Shown in pieces: positions 9,501-20,389 of a DNA stretch of 45,317 bases (positions within the stretch are counted from its first letter, which is position 1; each line of letters opens with the position of its first letter). Position numbers and translations under genes: made by a program. The DNA is from a virus (lineage: Duplodnaviria; Caudoviricetes). The notes beneath the pieces are model-generated. The model did no database searches and had not been told where the DNA came from. It saw only the letters and a list, made by a program, of their open reading frames with translations. The stretch covers positions 1-45,317 of IMG/VR virus record IMGVR_UViG_3300023283_000353. One strand, given 5' to 3'.

Positions 9501-11380
9501 TTCGGCGTCTGACGCGCCGCGGGTGCTTCGGGGGGGCCGACTACTTCTTGGGGCTCCGCGGCACGCTCGGGTACCAGCCTGGCCTCGGGCGAGGGTGCTT
9601 CGGGACGAGCGGTGGCGCCTGGGACCTCCGGCAGCTCCACGTCGAGCTCCTGGGCGCGAGCCTGGAGGGCTCCGACGAGTCCGGGAGTGCGCTGTTCCTC
9701 CGGCAGATCACGGATCCGGCGGGCGGCACGGAACAACTGGCCGGGGCTCTCGGCAGCTTGTACCTGCTGGAACAGCATCGGCGCGTCGGCGGCCGGCTGT
9801 GGACGACCCCCCGGAGACGGACGGCTGAGGAACGGGAGGTTCGCCTCCGGTCTCACCACATCGCGTCGTCGCACCTGTTCGGGGCTGAGTGTCTCGCCTC
9901 CTGTCAGCCGCGCACCTGGCGTCTCGGCCGGCAACAGACCGACGACCTCTTCCTCGGGCGTGCGAAACTCGGCCTGTGCAGGGTCTCTGATCGACCGGAA
10001 CACGACACCGAGCGGCCCGATTTCGGACGTCGATTCCATTCCGATCCGGGGCCCGGTCTCGGGAGAACGGAACCTCGACGGGGAGAACCGGACGGCCCCA
10101 GTGCTCTCGAAGGCCGCTGGCAAGCCACGTTCGGGTCCGCCTTCGATCTGACGCGGGAACGGTCCGCGACCGGACTGCAACCTCCCGGCCGGACCCGGCG
10201 CGGGCGGCAACTCTCCGGCGGCGTCCCCGGGCCCCAGCCTGGCGGGCGGCGCGTCTGTCGCTCGTCCGGCTCGCCGCGTAGTCGTCTCTCCCGCCGGTAG
10301 AGCACGTGTTCCCCCTTCGGGCGGTGCATCGGCAGCGCGGCCGACGAGCCGTCGCCCGAGTGTTCCCAGCGTACCACCGAGGAGCGCGTCCGCAGCGACC
10401 CCGACACCGAATTCGCGGGCGACGGCTTCGCCCCGGGTCTGGCCTTCCTCGAGTCTGCGCCCGGGGCCGGCGACTGCCGAGAATGCGAGACCCTCGGTCA
10501 CGTTGCGGGCCGCGGACTGTCCGAAACGGCGGCCGAGGCTCGCACGCGCCGGCGCGTCGCTGCTCAGAAATCTGGCCGCTCTCGCACCTCTGCGGGCGCG
10601 ACGGGCCACGTTTTGGGCTTGCGCCGCCTGCTGCGTCAGTCGAGCGGCGGCGGCCGCGTCATCTGCTCGCTGCGCCTGTCCGAGAAGCCGGATCGCCGAC
10701 TGTGAGGCGGCTCGTGAGGTGCCGGCGGCCGCACGGGTGCCCAACCTCAGCGCCACGTTGGTGCCGAATCCGGTCGCGGCCGCCAGCGGCAACGCCCCTG
10801 CCAGCGTCCCGAACAGTGTGGCTGGGTCGGTCAACCCGCCTTCCGCGAACTCGGGCAGTTCCTCGCCGATCAACTCCGGCCGGTTCAGCGTGAACTCTCG
10901 GGCCGCAGCACCTCGCGCCCGCAGCGCCGCTCGTTCGATCGGTGAGGTGACCTCCTCGAACTCTTCTGTCGGCGTCGTCAACGGTCCCCGACGCTCGCGG
11001 ATCCTGCGGAGAAGATCGACTTGGAATGGCGTCAGGCCGCCGGGAGACGCGCTTGATGGATTCGGCGAGGGCGGTGGCTCGGCCTGATTCGTTGGTTCTA
11101 CGACCTGTCTTGGCGTTGACGTCTGTGACGCCAGTCTCGCCGTCGCTTCTCGGTCAGGTGAAGACTGATCCAAGAGGATTTCTGCGGCACGAACGAGTGA
11201 ATCTTCTCGGGCTGTGAAAGATTCAGGGAAGTTGATGCCGATGGCTTGAGATCCCCTACGACCTTCACGAAAACTAGCCAAGACTCTTCGCAACACATTT
11301 TCTTCTGTCGGTGATAGATCGGGAGGCGGTGTGGCACCAGACAAGATTCGTTGCAGAACATCGCTTTCCCGGGTCCCCAT
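6542..11380 (-). CDS. Giant polyvalent putative ejection protein with GGDEF diguanylate cyclase and ddrB-like ParB domains
   Basis: [11 protein letters not shown]...[11 protein letters not shown]...GDDVL...ARQGGDEF (GGDEF coded at 8849-8863); [16 protein letters not shown]...QKRDY...GPPTIG...NGNQRIMAL; position among podoviral ejection genes. Confidence 0.85.
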   Translation of the reverse strand: MGTRESDVLQRILSGATPPPDLSPTEENVLRRVLASFREGRRGSQAIGINFPESFTAREDSLVRAAEILLDQSSPDREATARLASQTSTPRQVVEPTNQAEPPPSPNPSSASPGGLTPFQVDLLRRIRERRGPLTTPTEEFEEVTSPIERAALRARGAAAREFTLNRPELIGEELPEFAEGGLTDPATLFGTLAGALPLAAATGFGTNVALRLGTRAAAGTSRAASQSAIRLLGQAQRADDAAAAARLTQQAAQAQNVARRARRGARAARFLSSDAPARASLGRRFGQSAARNVTEGLAFSAVAGPGRRLEEGQTRGEAVAREFGVGVAADALLGGTLGTLGRRLVGRAADAPPEGGTRALPAGETTTRRAGRATDAPPARLGPGDAAGELPPAPGPAGRLQSGRGPFPRQIEGGPERGLPAAFESTGAVRFSPSRFRSPETGPRIGMESTSEIGPLGVVFRSIRDPAQAEFRTPEEEVVGLLPAETPGARLTGGETLSPEQVRRRDVVRPEANLPFLSRPSPGGRPQPAADAPMLFQQVQAAESPGQLFRAARRIRDLPEEQRTPGLVGALQARAQELDVELPEVPGATARPEAPSPEARLVPERAAEPQEVVGPPEAPAARQTPNERLARRGGAEAEEAGPPPLTEAAELDELRPALRREVQGILREEDPAGVITRASNLRQRSLGPEESRVVGELIQRRLAQVTEGQPRAQTEGRRTRPQSQDIQPEGPVGPIRGAQDPRARIAALERELAAAQRASETDELTGLANRRGDQRRSQEAFERRSPGEQQVRFQGDLDNFKAVNDVLGADVGDDVLRAVGEALQREFRDTDAVSIARQGGDEFAATIRVAEGSNIEGIRDRIEDAVQRAIDNLGVNQQLRAEGFDDLVSFSLAGRAVGEEESLSEVDRLLDRAVKRRKQERGISGGIEGRRAREERLRADEEPPGPSEAAPARGEPEAAEPSPPRTESQDPVRSASELVAEDLTSEIAQRADLVRTLQRSLETGESPGGAPLGRAGLQNVEQSLQREIEGVRSRLNRIAQEVGEEAAEEVRSALNLGVFEPPRPAIDSPAGAFRSLDQALAGLERAISSGDASTVQGHLRALADNPEVIRKGVPRAQNEFLSELSRLEQQIGSTPELQRVRAEVRETLRHNVEESSSAIAPDRATTRPLEEQADVLARSDAGERQVVTEVRPSGPIGSDTVILKGDGTEVQARYRVVELEELIPSHDPVSFQPLPEYWPELTVQKRDYLRNPANQDAVIETASKLQPRQLLDTGNRAQTGPPTIGPEGRAVNGNQRIMALQRAAVENPERFQAYRSELASQAGRFGVEPARLEGMTNPVVVREITDGRVDFGSLEQIEELNIEFDRQIGKSKSLSEDANSRAAIFSRSERAIQELTENFEPEQTVRNFLDTRPGRDFVQTLVDEGVLTRGELTQILDEGGNVTPLGKDVISEMLTNSAIGDVNVVRNTPSLWKTRIEHGVPTVIQSRSVPDYDLTPVLREAMQIGEAIAARDAIKGADNPVQAFRQQTGLGLGEPEFSQRALDLAEFIDQTPKREVTQAFRRFQKELDIARRAVDQNDLFGFEPKSGEQAFDDVFGSGRRMNDSDADICPP

Positions 11381-12483
11381 TACCGCACCCCGCGCTGGCG
11401 GCGCTCGAGAATCTCTTCGACCTCTCTACGCTGCTCGGGCTGGAGTGCCTCGAGGAACGCCGCGCCTTCCTCCTCGTCGAGGAAATTCTGGATGAAGGTG
11501 GCGTGCTGATCGGGCGTCGCGGCGTCCAGCGGCACCGAAGCCGGCGGCAGTCCGAGCACCTCCTGGGGGTTCACACCGAGACCGACGTCTTCCGGCGCGA
11601 TGCCGACTCCTCCTTCCGGCAGGCTGCGGCCGCCGCCACGCAGGCGCTCGGCTTCCGGGCTCGGCTGCGGTACCCCGGCGTCGCCAATCGTGAGACCTGG
11701 TTGTCCGGTCACCTCGGTCGGCTGTCGGCCAAAGAGACGGTTCGCGGCGCCGCCCGGTGGCCGATCAGTCACGCTTTGATCTCGGCCTCTGTTCTGACTC
11801 GGGAAGAGCAACGACGCGCCGCGATCGAAGTTCCCCCTCGCGATCTCGCCGAGCCCGATGATGTCTTCCCGGGTGATGTCGCGGCCGAATCCGCCGCCGA
11901 TGTCGAACTGGCCGCCGAGGGTCGTCGCAAGCGACTGGAGTGGGAACAGGCTGCCTCGCCGGCCACCGATACCGAAGCCCGCTCTAGCCAACTGATTGCG
12001 CTGGTTGATGTCCGCGAGACCGATGTTGAACCGGCGCAGGGACTCGAGATCACGCTGCTGGATTTGCCCGAGCCCGATGGCACGCCGTGTCTCGTTGTCG
12101 AGGAGTCCGAGCTGTTCCTGGATGTCGAGTCCTCGGCCGCGCAGGTCCAATTCTTGTTCGCGGAACGGTGCGTCCAATCCGAATTCGAATCCGATCGTAC
12201 CACGCTGTTCGCGGGCCTGTGCACGGATCCGCTCGAGTTCCTGCTGTGCCCTCTCTTCGAAGGTGCCGGACAGACGCTCCTGAGCAGCCAGTCGGCCCTC
12301 CTGTAACGTGCCCTGGATGTCGCCGCGCAGCCGTTCGAGATCGCGGCGAAGTTGGCGGTCACGTCGCCGTTCGCTGACCTGGAGAAAAGCATCTGCGGCA
12401 GCCTGAATGCCTTCGAGGCCACCTTCGCCACCGATCGCACGGGGCAGGACGCGAGGCCGAATATCTACTACGGGCGGTGGCAT
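11380..12483 (-). CDS. Putative internal virion/ejection protein
   Basis: 367 aa, Gly/Gln/Arg-rich with coiled coil; lies between the tail genes and the giant protein. Confidence 0.55.
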   Translation of the reverse strand: MPPPVVDIRPRVLPRAIGGEGGLEGIQAAADAFLQVSERRRDRQLRRDLERLRGDIQGTLQEGRLAAQERLSGTFEERAQQELERIRAQAREQRGTIGFEFGLDAPFREQELDLRGRGLDIQEQLGLLDNETRRAIGLGQIQQRDLESLRRFNIGLADINQRNQLARAGFGIGGRRGSLFPLQSLATTLGGQFDIGGGFGRDITREDIIGLGEIARGNFDRGASLLFPSQNRGRDQSVTDRPPGGAANRLFGRQPTEVTGQPGLTIGDAGVPQPSPEAERLRGGGRSLPEGGVGIAPEDVGLGVNPQEVLGLPPASVPLDAATPDQHATFIQNFLDEEEGAAFLEALQPEQRREVEEILERRQRGVR

Positions 12484-12492
12484 GAACTCTCC

Positions 12493-13224
12493 CTAGAAGA
12501 TTCCACCGAGCTTTGAGCCGATCGACGCACCGAGGCCGCCCGCTCCGAAAGCACTCCCGATCAGTCCGCCGCCGACCGAACCGATCAGTCCGGCGATGCC
12601 CCGCTTACGACGAGACTTGCGCTGCTGTTCGGCGAGCTGCCGGGCCAGCCCGAGCTCGAGTTCGGTGCCGAGGAGCGAGATACCCTGAGCACGCTGCGCC
12701 CCGCCAATCTCGGCGAGCTGCTGCGCCCGGGAGAAATCGAGACTCGCCCTCTGACCTCCCGCCCGAGCGACCTCCGCGAGGAGGTTCCGCTGGAAGCCGC
12801 TCGCGAGATCGCCCTCGAGTGCTCCGGAGATCGGCCCACGAACCCCACGCGCTGCGTTCCGAGCCTGCAACGATCGAAGCTGCGGAAGGAAATTACTGCG
12901 GGTCGCCTGATCGAAGATGCTCGAGAGTGCGTCAGCCCCAAGAAACTGTCCAGGGTCGAATCTCTCGAGTGCCTGGGTGCCGCGTTCGAGGGTGACGCCG
13001 CCGCGCAACAGATCACGGTTTCTGATCGCGGCGATGCGATCTTCGGGGTCGAAGTCTTCGTCGCCAGTGAATTCGAACGAGAAGTTGCCGCCCGCCGGAG
13101 ATCCCAGGAACCCGGCAACGGGGCCGATGAAGCTCGCACGTCGACCGGCGCCGCCATCGAATCCTCGAGAGGCGGTGGGGCCCTGTCCTCCGAATCGGTT
13201 GAATCCGAGTACCGGCGGAGCCAT
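12493..13224 (-). CDS. Putative small ejection (pilot-like) protein
   Basis: Basic patch RKSRRKR followed by the Gly-rich hydrophobic tail GIAGLIGSVGGGLIGSAFGAGGLG. Confidence 0.55.
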   Translation of the reverse strand: MAPPVLGFNRFGGQGPTASRGFDGGAGRRASFIGPVAGFLGSPAGGNFSFEFTGDEDFDPEDRIAAIRNRDLLRGGVTLERGTQALERFDPGQFLGADALSSIFDQATRSNFLPQLRSLQARNAARGVRGPISGALEGDLASGFQRNLLAEVARAGGQRASLDFSRAQQLAEIGGAQRAQGISLLGTELELGLARQLAEQQRKSRRKRGIAGLIGSVGGGLIGSAFGAGGLGASIGSKLGGIF

Positions 13225-13225
13225 G

Positions 13226-13432
13226 TCAGACCTCCTGCAATTCGAGTTTGTACGTCGCGCCGTTCACGAAGACGCGCAACTCGGGTGGATCCCGGTCTGA
13301 TCGAACCCACGCCCAACCGTCGCCTGGCCTGCGAGGATCGCTTGAGACACTCCCTAGATAACGAATTCGGCGCTGAAGCGCACGTAGGTCGCGGTCGAGT
13401 GGCTTCGTCGGGAGCGGCCGACCTCCGGCCAT
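13226..13432 (-). CDS. Small tail-associated hypothetical protein
   Basis: 68 aa, tightly coupled to both neighbours. Confidence 0.6.
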   Translation of the reverse strand: MAGGRPLPTKPLDRDLRALQRRIRYLGSVSSDPRRPGDGWAWVRSDRDPPELRVFVNGATYKLELQEV

Positions 13433-14448
13433 CAGGTCGTCTCCAAGAACCAGATTCGCGGGCGCACCGTGATCGTACGGCTCTCGACCGAATCGAGGTT
13501 GTCCAGGAAGATCGATACATTGATCTCCTGTTTCGTGGACCCCTCGACGGTCAAGAAAAACTCTCGGATTTCGGCGACCACCGAAGCGAACACGAACCCG
13601 TTCACTGATGAATCGAGGAGCTGACGACGCACCGGCGGATCGAGGCTCTCGTTCACGAGCTCGATCATGTAGATCAGCGGGCGATTCTTCGTGAGATCGA
13701 ACGTGAAATCGGCGTCGTCGACGCCCACCTCATCGCTCGCCACGAGATCGACCTGCTGACCCGTCGACTCCGCGATCACGACCTGTGTCTCGAATTGGAA
13801 CTCGCGCACGGCGAGGCCGGGCAGATCCCGGAATCCGAGCACCTCATCGGCCGCAGCCAGGACCTTGCTCGTCGCGATCGTGACTCCGGGGAACGCCTCG
13901 AACCTCACGCCCGAAGAGAGTTGCAGATCGCTCGACAGTTCGTAGCTGCCGGGTAGCGCAGCCTGTACGACCCGGCTCCCCGGGTTGGCACCGGAGGCGG
14001 AGGCGGCTGCGCCGGCGTCCGCCGCGACGAATGCCGGCCGATCATCCACCGTGGCGTCGTCAACCTTCGCACCGTAGGCGATCACGTCGTGGTGCGGGTA
14101 GAGCTGCCCTTCGCGCACCATCAGCACCGTCGAATCGAACATCTCGGTCGAGAACGTCGCGTCTTCGACGTAGCCCCACAGGATGCGAGGCACCCAGACG
14201 ACCTTGACCTCTGTCTGCGTGGCTTCGGTGATCGCGCTGGCGATGCGTTCGGCAGGCTCGAGCCCTCCCGGGTTGAAACGGTCGTCGCCGGCGTTGATCA
14301 CCAGTCCGTCGCCGACGTCTTCTCCGAAGTTTTCCGCATTGAGACCGCCGTTCAGCACGGCCGCGATTCGATCGAACTCCGCGTTCAACGCATCTGCCGA
14401 GAGGATGCCGCCGTCGCCCCACACCGTGCCGCGTTCGTAGAGAGCCAT
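13432..14448 (-). CDS. Tail fibre/spike-like protein
   Basis: N-terminal ILSADALNAEFDRI anchor-type motif; DVIAYGAKVDDATVDDRPAF resembles the start of tailspike/pectate-lyase-3 domains. Confidence 0.6.
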   Translation of the reverse strand: MALYERGTVWGDGGILSADALNAEFDRIAAVLNGGLNAENFGEDVGDGLVINAGDDRFNPGGLEPAERIASAITEATQTEVKVVWVPRILWGYVEDATFSTEMFDSTVLMVREGQLYPHHDVIAYGAKVDDATVDDRPAFVAADAGAAASASGANPGSRVVQAALPGSYELSSDLQLSSGVRFEAFPGVTIATSKVLAAADEVLGFRDLPGLAVREFQFETQVVIAESTGQQVDLVASDEVGVDDADFTFDLTKNRPLIYMIELVNESLDPPVRRQLLDSSVNGFVFASVVAEIREFFLTVEGSTKQEINVSIFLDNLDSVESRTITVRPRIWFLETT

Positions 14449-14449
14449 C

Positions 14450-17400
14450 TTACCAGACCTCGAGTCGGTTGAGTCGGAGTTGTGTGGCGCTCACATCGCC
14501 CGTGTCGCCGATCATCTGGGGGTCCGTGGGATCGGCGGCGTCGACGACCATGAGCCGCCCGGTGCCAGCGGAGAGGACCGTCCACTGAGGATCGGTGCCT
14601 GACTGTCGGATCGCACTCGGGACGGCCGGCAGCGTGATCTCTCCGAGCAGGCTGGCGGTGTTGACCGTCGCGATGTCCCAGAACTGGAGCCTGCCGTCTG
14701 GTAACCCGATGACCCCGGTCTCTTGATCCCAAGAGACTTGTACCACCAGATCCTTGGGCTTGATCTCATCGCCGAACCCGAGTCCAGCTTCACTCTGTAC
14801 TCTCGGGTTCGACGAAGCGAGGTTCAGTTCGATCCAGCGCCACTCGTTCACCGGTCCGTTCTCAAGATCGGCCGTCGGCGTCCACCGGCGTTGACCGACG
14901 GTCTTGCCGCCCTGGGCGCCTTCGGGCAGCCGGTCCGCGAACACCTCGACATAGAAATTCTCGATCGCGTCAGCCAGGTCCGGGTCGACCGAGTCTTCGA
15001 TCAGTTCGAGATCGAGGCCAACCACGAGCGGTAAGGTTTTCTGGTCGGTGAGCAGCACACGGCCGTCGGCGGCTTCGGTCCAGCGCATTCCTTGGAGCGG
15101 CTGCGCACCAACCGACGTCTGTTCGGCGGGCACGGCTGTCAGATCCCAGAGCGAGAACTGTTGTGTCGCCCCGGCGCCGGACCCCTTCTCGATCACGACC
15201 GCCCGTTCTCCCACCACCTCGATCGAGGCGTCGTCCGCTACGAAGTTAAGCCCCTCGTCTTCGAGTACCGGCAGCCCGGTCCCGGGACTCGATGCGTCCA
15301 CGACCTGGATTCGGGCGTTGACGCCACCGACTCGCCCGCGGGTGACGATCGCGAGCCGATCGCCGGACAGCACGCCCATGTCGAGCAGGCTGTGTTCGGT
15401 CCCCGCGAGACTCTGGATCTGGACAAACGTGGTCGGGTCGAGCGGGTCGAGCGAGCCGATGCGCAAGTCGCCGTCGCCTCCGGGCTGTAACGCGACGATC
15501 AGATGACCTTGATGGAAGACCACCGGCGTCCAGGAGCCGGTCGTCTGCATGTTGGCGTCCACCGCCCAGGTGCCGGTGAGTTGAGGGTTCGCCGGGTCGC
15601 TCACGTCGATCTGCGCAACCACGTTCTTCGAGGTGACCACCCAGAGATCGGTCCCGTTCAACACGCCACCGAGCGCGGCAGCGAGATCCGAAACCTCGCC
15701 TTGAATCACAACTGCGGATGTATCCGACGCGTCGACGGAGACCACGACCGGATCGTCGCTGGTATCTTTCTGTCCGAAGAGCATGAACCGATCGGTGCCA
15801 GAAAACAGAACGCGACGTCCTGAGCTCGCCGAGATCGCACGCCCGAAATCGGATTCGCGCAGCGTCGACAGGATCGGCACCCCGGAACCCGCGGCGACAT
15901 CCACGACGCTGACGGCGCCGGCATCGAGGCCGCCACCCTGGATCCACGCCTCGTTGCCGGACAGACCGATCACCTTCGATCGCTGCAACGCCGGGTCGAT
16001 GTAGAAGCCGTCTCGCTCGCCGGTCTCGGGCGTGATCCATCCGAGTTGCCGGTCCAGAACACGTCCGTTCTCAACCCGGATCGGACGGATGAAGTCGAGC
16101 ATCTCTTCTTGAACCTCGACCTCCGGCTCGAGCACCGGTGCCGTCGGGTCCGTGAGATCGACCCGCGCCAGCGAGCGGGGCAGCACCCCGACCCATCCGA
16201 CTTGATCCTCTTGGTCGCCGCCGACCATCGAGCCAGCCCGACCGTCTTCCACCTCGCCGACGAGGTCGAGCTGGTCACCGAATCCGCCGAAGACCATGAG
16301 TTTTTCGGAGCCGATTTTCGCGAAATACTGACCACTGGCGAACAGTTCGATGAACGCCGCATCCCCGCGCCCTCTCTCGAGCGCCTCCCGGAAGCTGAAG
16401 CCGGTCACTTCCGGCGCCGTCAGATCGTCGAGGGCATAGAACACGACCGTCCCTTCCTGATCGCTCGCTCCGACTGCGAAGTTCGTCGCCAACGGGGGCG
16501 GTGGAGATGGATCGAATACGCGTTCGCTGTACGAGCCGCCGCGCACAGTGAGGTTGTAGTCGAGCTCGCCGGGCGGCCTGCCGATCTCGACCGGGTTGGG
16601 CGGGTCGGTAATATCGAATATGCGCCTATCGTGTAGCATCAGATAGCGACCGTTCGGCCAAACGGCAATCTTTTGATGGCCGGTCAACCGCTGTCCGGTG
16701 GCATAGGAAAACTCGTTGGCGAGATCGAACGAGTCTGCGCTGAAATCAAAGATCAGAATGTTCGAATTGTCTCGATTCAACACGAACCCGTACTGCTTCG
16801 TCGTATCTCGACCCCATTCGGCACCCATTAACCGATCGCCATTCGGATGTTGCCATGAATCGAGCTGCACCAACGACGACGAATTCGAAATGTCCATCAA
16901 ATATGATACGAATTGCTGATCGCTCGTGAGCAGAAGACGGTTCTCGTCTTCATTCAGTGTCATTTGTTCTCGGGAGAAGCCTGGATTTCCGCCGCCGGGG
17001 GCTGGGGTGAGAGGAATAACGTCCAGAATATTGAGGACACTGCCGTCGGGAGACACTTCGAACGAAGTGAGTGCCGGGGTCGCTCCCGATCCGAAATCGA
17101 AATTGTGAGCCACGAAACCCGTGAGTCCATCGCTCAAGATCAGCGGTGGGCCCGCTATGCCACCCGCTCCTGATGAAAGGGACGCAGACGAAAGGATGGC
17201 CGTGGGCGGTTGTGTCGGATCCGGTTGATCAACCACTACAAGCAAATGGCGGCTGTCTTCGCTGTCTCCGTTGGTCACGGTCGTCCGTGCCGCCATATAG
17301 ATCCGGTTTCGCTGCCGGATATAATTCGAGAAATTTTCTTCAACATTTGTCGAGTTCAACAACCCGAGGTCGATTAACGGCCTGGATTTCCATAAGAACA

Positions 17401-20389
17401 CCGGACCGACCGGATCCCGCACATCTGCCACGACTAAAGCGTCGGTCGAATTTTCGCAGATGTATAGAAATTCATCGCCCAGATAGAGACCTTGCGCGTC
17501 TCTCGAGTCTCCCGGCGACAATCTCGTCCACAGACGGCCCAATGTCTTGGGGTTCGCGAGATCCGCGAAGTCGATCAGCCATACGGTATTGGTGGGTCTA
17601 TCGGCCATAGCGGCCACCAAAGATCCGCGGACGTTCACCCACTCCACGTTATCCGCTTCGTCCTGCTGCCATTCTCCGACGACGAACATATCCGCCGGAT
17701 CTGTGATGTCGACGGAGAACACCGCATCGCCACTCCTCGCCGCGACACACAAAAAACTGTCATCGCCGAAGAGATCCATCCGCCAGGGTCGCGTGAAATT
17801 CCCACCCGGCGCAAACGCTTGTATCACGCTCATATTCACCGGATCACTCACATCGAACGACACCAATGTGTCGTCGAACTCGATCCCTACAAAAGCTTCG
17901 TTACCGCGCAAGACAACGGTCCTGTGCCCGTTGAAGCCGCCACCTATCTGTGAAATGACGGCCGGAGCGGCAGGGTCTGAAATATCAACCGAGATCAGCA
18001 GATCGGCATTCTTGTCAGCCACGAACGCGAGCGTGGCCAGCGCGTTGATGTCGAAATCAAACGGGTTCACAAACGCCGGATCTGACCATGCATTGATTAA
18101 AGCAATGTTTGCCGGATCGCTTACGTCATAGAACACAACACCGCCGAGCCCCGAATCAAGGACATAGGCGATGCCGTCCTGCACGATGATTCGTTTTGGA
18201 CTGGAAAGGTCGCCCGCCGAACTGTCCAATATGACCGGGTTTTCGGGGTCCGAAATGTCGATCGTGGTGAGGGTGTCGGCAATTTCGCTTATGACATACG
18301 CGACGGTCCCTTCGACAGTCACGTCTAGCGCACCTTGGAGTACCGAGTCGATCACGGAACTGGCGATCTTCACACCCTTCATGTCCCACATCCGGATACC
18401 TTTTATGGAATCCGTACCCGTGAAGACGTTCCAACTCACGACATATTCGCCAGACGCCTCGACGCTCGCGCCGTCTTCTCCGTTCTGCTCATCAAGCCTG
18501 AGCATGAGCAACGGATTCGCAGGATCCGCGACGTTGAACACATCGTGTTCACTGTCACTCTGGTCGATCGCGGTGATCTGCTCGATCTCTGGACGGTCCG
18601 TGTCCATGACCGGCGGCGGGTGCGGGGTGGTGGTGCCGCCGGAGTCCTCGTCGCCGGCCGGTTCGACCAGCCCTTCAAACTCGGTCGGCGGGATGTCGTC
18701 CAGGTCGACTTGTGGCTCGATCGGTTTCAGCAGCGCATCCGCTGCGAGCGAACGTTCGATCTCATATGCCCCGATTGCGACCGGCCCGTCGGTGTGATTC
18801 CAGACGAGCGAGACACGCAGCGATTTCCCGAGGCCGTGGCGCCAGAGACCGGTCCCGATGTGTGTGGGCACCATGCGTTCACCGAACAGCCGGCCGAGTT
18901 GATCGTCGCCGAGTTGAATTTCGTCGAGACTGCCGCCGAACAGATCCTGTTCGCACACCTGTGACAGGAAAAACTTGCCGTTGAAGTCGCGTTCGACGAA
19001 GACGGAGAACAAAAACTCTCGTCCGACGAGCGTGTCGAACTTGATCTGGTGCACCTGCCCGCGATACCCGATCGGTGAGACCTCGATCGGTGCATATTTC
19101 AGCTCGCACCGGAAGTCTGCGCCTTCCCACCACTGCCGGATCTTCTCCCTGGCCCACGGCACCCACCGCCAGAGGATCCCGTCTTGGTCGCCGGCCAACA
19201 CCGTGCGCTCGCCGCTGAGCGGGTCCGTGAACGGCACCGCCGCCGTGTAGAGCGGTTGGCCTAACGGCAGCGACAGCCGCGCTGCTCGATCCCGCAGCCG
19301 CGCTACGATCTTCGGGTTCGCTCCTGTCGCTCCGTGCGTCCAGACATCCCGTTCGTAGAAATATGAGAGCAGATAATCGGGGTAGTCTGAACCTCGGCTC
19401 GGCAACAAGAATCGCATCGCCCGGGAAGCCTGATCGTCCCAGACCACGGCCGAGGAGAGGTCGCCGCCGACCGTGTCGAAGAAGTGGCGGATCGGAGCAG
19501 AAAACGTCTGGTCCGCCGCGCCGAGACCACGCTGCCATCGTTTCGGCCCGGAACCGGACAGCCAGTAGAGGAAGCCGTCGGATCCCGATGACCACGCCAA
19601 CTTACCGCCGAGGCCGCCGCCGCCACCGATCGTTTCAGTCTCGAGTTCTCCGAGCTCGATCGCGCCCGCAGCCAGCCAGTGCACCGACGAATCGGTGAAG
19701 ATGATGAGCAGCCCGCCCGAGGAGGTGAGCACTTTGATCTTCGCGTTCCTCGAGCCGATCTGGATGCCGGGGAGATCGAAGTTCTCGGGCTCGTCCGGGT
19801 TCGACGCGAACACCTGATTCGGTACGACCGGATCGCCGCCGACGAAGAGCCGGCCGCCGAACGCTTCAACGGACGTGCCGCGTACTCCCTCGATCGAGGT
19901 GAACTCATCGGAGGCGAAATCGAACGATCGAATGCGATGGTCGAGTGTGGACCCGGCGATCCAGGCGCGATCAAGGAAACTCGCCATCTCGAACCGATCG
20001 CTTTCCCGGGCGCGCAAGTCGAGCAGAGGCGCTCGACTCCGTACATCCGTACAGAAACCGACCGTATGGACTGCCTCGCCGTCCTCGGAGGGATCGGTAA
20101 GAGGGTTGGGCCGCCCGAGGCCCGAGGCGACTACAGCGACCGTTTTGGACGATCTCAGGCCGGTCTCGAAACTGTGGGTGCCGATGAACAGCACCGGGCC
20201 GCGCCCGATGCGGGAGTAAAACACGGAGCCCGGTCGGGCCCGGACGCGGCCGGAGCCGTCGAAGTCGAGGTTCCAGAGTTCCTCCGGCACCTCGTTCGGC
20301 AGATCGTGGACGGGGACCGTCGCGTCGATACCGCCCCGGATCGGGACGGGGCCCAGGAGGTCGGTGAGTGGGTTCGTCTCCCGGGGCAT
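14450..20389 (-). CDS. Tail nozzle (P22 gp10/T7 gp12-like) fused to LVIVD-repeat beta-propellers
   Basis: N-terminal ~550 aa with GGI...NLDFDGSGRVRARPG, GRLFVGG, LIIFTDSSVH, YFYERDVW; then many repeats such as LTTIDISDPENP, VFYDVSDPAN, LVVADVRDPVGP; follows the adaptors. Confidence 0.7.
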   Translation of the reverse strand: MPRETNPLTDLLGPVPIRGGIDATVPVHDLPNEVPEELWNLDFDGSGRVRARPGSVFYSRIGRGPVLFIGTHSFETGLRSSKTVAVVASGLGRPNPLTDPSEDGEAVHTVGFCTDVRSRAPLLDLRARESDRFEMASFLDRAWIAGSTLDHRIRSFDFASDEFTSIEGVRGTSVEAFGGRLFVGGDPVVPNQVFASNPDEPENFDLPGIQIGSRNAKIKVLTSSGGLLIIFTDSSVHWLAAGAIELGELETETIGGGGGLGGKLAWSSGSDGFLYWLSGSGPKRWQRGLGAADQTFSAPIRHFFDTVGGDLSSAVVWDDQASRAMRFLLPSRGSDYPDYLLSYFYERDVWTHGATGANPKIVARLRDRAARLSLPLGQPLYTAAVPFTDPLSGERTVLAGDQDGILWRWVPWAREKIRQWWEGADFRCELKYAPIEVSPIGYRGQVHQIKFDTLVGREFLFSVFVERDFNGKFFLSQVCEQDLFGGSLDEIQLGDDQLGRLFGERMVPTHIGTGLWRHGLGKSLRVSLVWNHTDGPVAIGAYEIERSLAADALLKPIEPQVDLDDIPPTEFEGLVEPAGDEDSGGTTTPHPPPVMDTDRPEIEQITAIDQSDSEHDVFNVADPANPLLMLRLDEQNGEDGASVEASGEYVVSWNVFTGTDSIKGIRMWDMKGVKIASSVIDSVLQGALDVTVEGTVAYVISEIADTLTTIDISDPENPVILDSSAGDLSSPKRIIVQDGIAYVLDSGLGGVVFYDVSDPANIALINAWSDPAFVNPFDFDINALATLAFVADKNADLLISVDISDPAAPAVISQIGGGFNGHRTVVLRGNEAFVGIEFDDTLVSFDVSDPVNMSVIQAFAPGGNFTRPWRMDLFGDDSFLCVAARSGDAVFSVDITDPADMFVVGEWQQDEADNVEWVNVRGSLVAAMADRPTNTVWLIDFADLANPKTLGRLWTRLSPGDSRDAQGLYLGDEFLYICENSTDALVVADVRDPVGPVFLWKSRPLIDLGLLNSTNVEENFSNYIRQRNRIYMAARTTVTNGDSEDSRHLLVVVDQPDPTQPPTAILSSASLSSGAGGIAGPPLILSDGLTGFVAHNFDFGSGATPALTSFEVSPDGSVLNILDVIPLTPAPGGGNPGFSREQMTLNEDENRLLLTSDQQFVSYLMDISNSSSLVQLDSWQHPNGDRLMGAEWGRDTTKQYGFVLNRDNSNILIFDFSADSFDLANEFSYATGQRLTGHQKIAVWPNGRYLMLHDRRIFDITDPPNPVEIGRPPGELDYNLTVRGGSYSERVFDPSPPPPLATNFAVGASDQEGTVVFYALDDLTAPEVTGFSFREALERGRGDAAFIELFASGQYFAKIGSEKLMVFGGFGDQLDLVGEVEDGRAGSMVGGDQEDQVGWVGVLPRSLARVDLTDPTAPVLEPEVEVQEEMLDFIRPIRVENGRVLDRQLGWITPETGERDGFYIDPALQRSKVIGLSGNEAWIQGGGLDAGAVSVVDVAAGSGVPILSTLRESDFGRAISASSGRRVLFSGTDRFMLFGQKDTSDDPVVVSVDASDTSAVVIQGEVSDLAAALGGVLNGTDLWVVTSKNVVAQIDVSDPANPQLTGTWAVDANMQTTGSWTPVVFHQGHLIVALQPGGDGDLRIGSLDPLDPTTFVQIQSLAGTEHSLLDMGVLSGDRLAIVTRGRVGGVNARIQVVDASSPGTGLPVLEDEGLNFVADDASIEVVGERAVVIEKGSGAGATQQFSLWDLTAVPAEQTSVGAQPLQGMRWTEAADGRVLLTDQKTLPLVVGLDLELIEDSVDPDLADAIENFYVEVFADRLPEGAQGGKTVGQRRWTPTADLENGPVNEWRWIELNLASSNPRVQSEAGLGFGDEIKPKDLVVQVSWDQETGVIGLPDGRLQFWDIATVNTASLLGEITLPAVPSAIRQSGTDPQWTVLSAGTGRLMVVDAADPTDPQMIGDTGDVSATQLRLNRLEVW

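Noticed and set aside
14450-18400. Diversity-generating retroelement acting on the tail gene
   Set aside because: No reverse transcriptase and no TR/VR pair seen; the repeats are degenerate protein-level repeats
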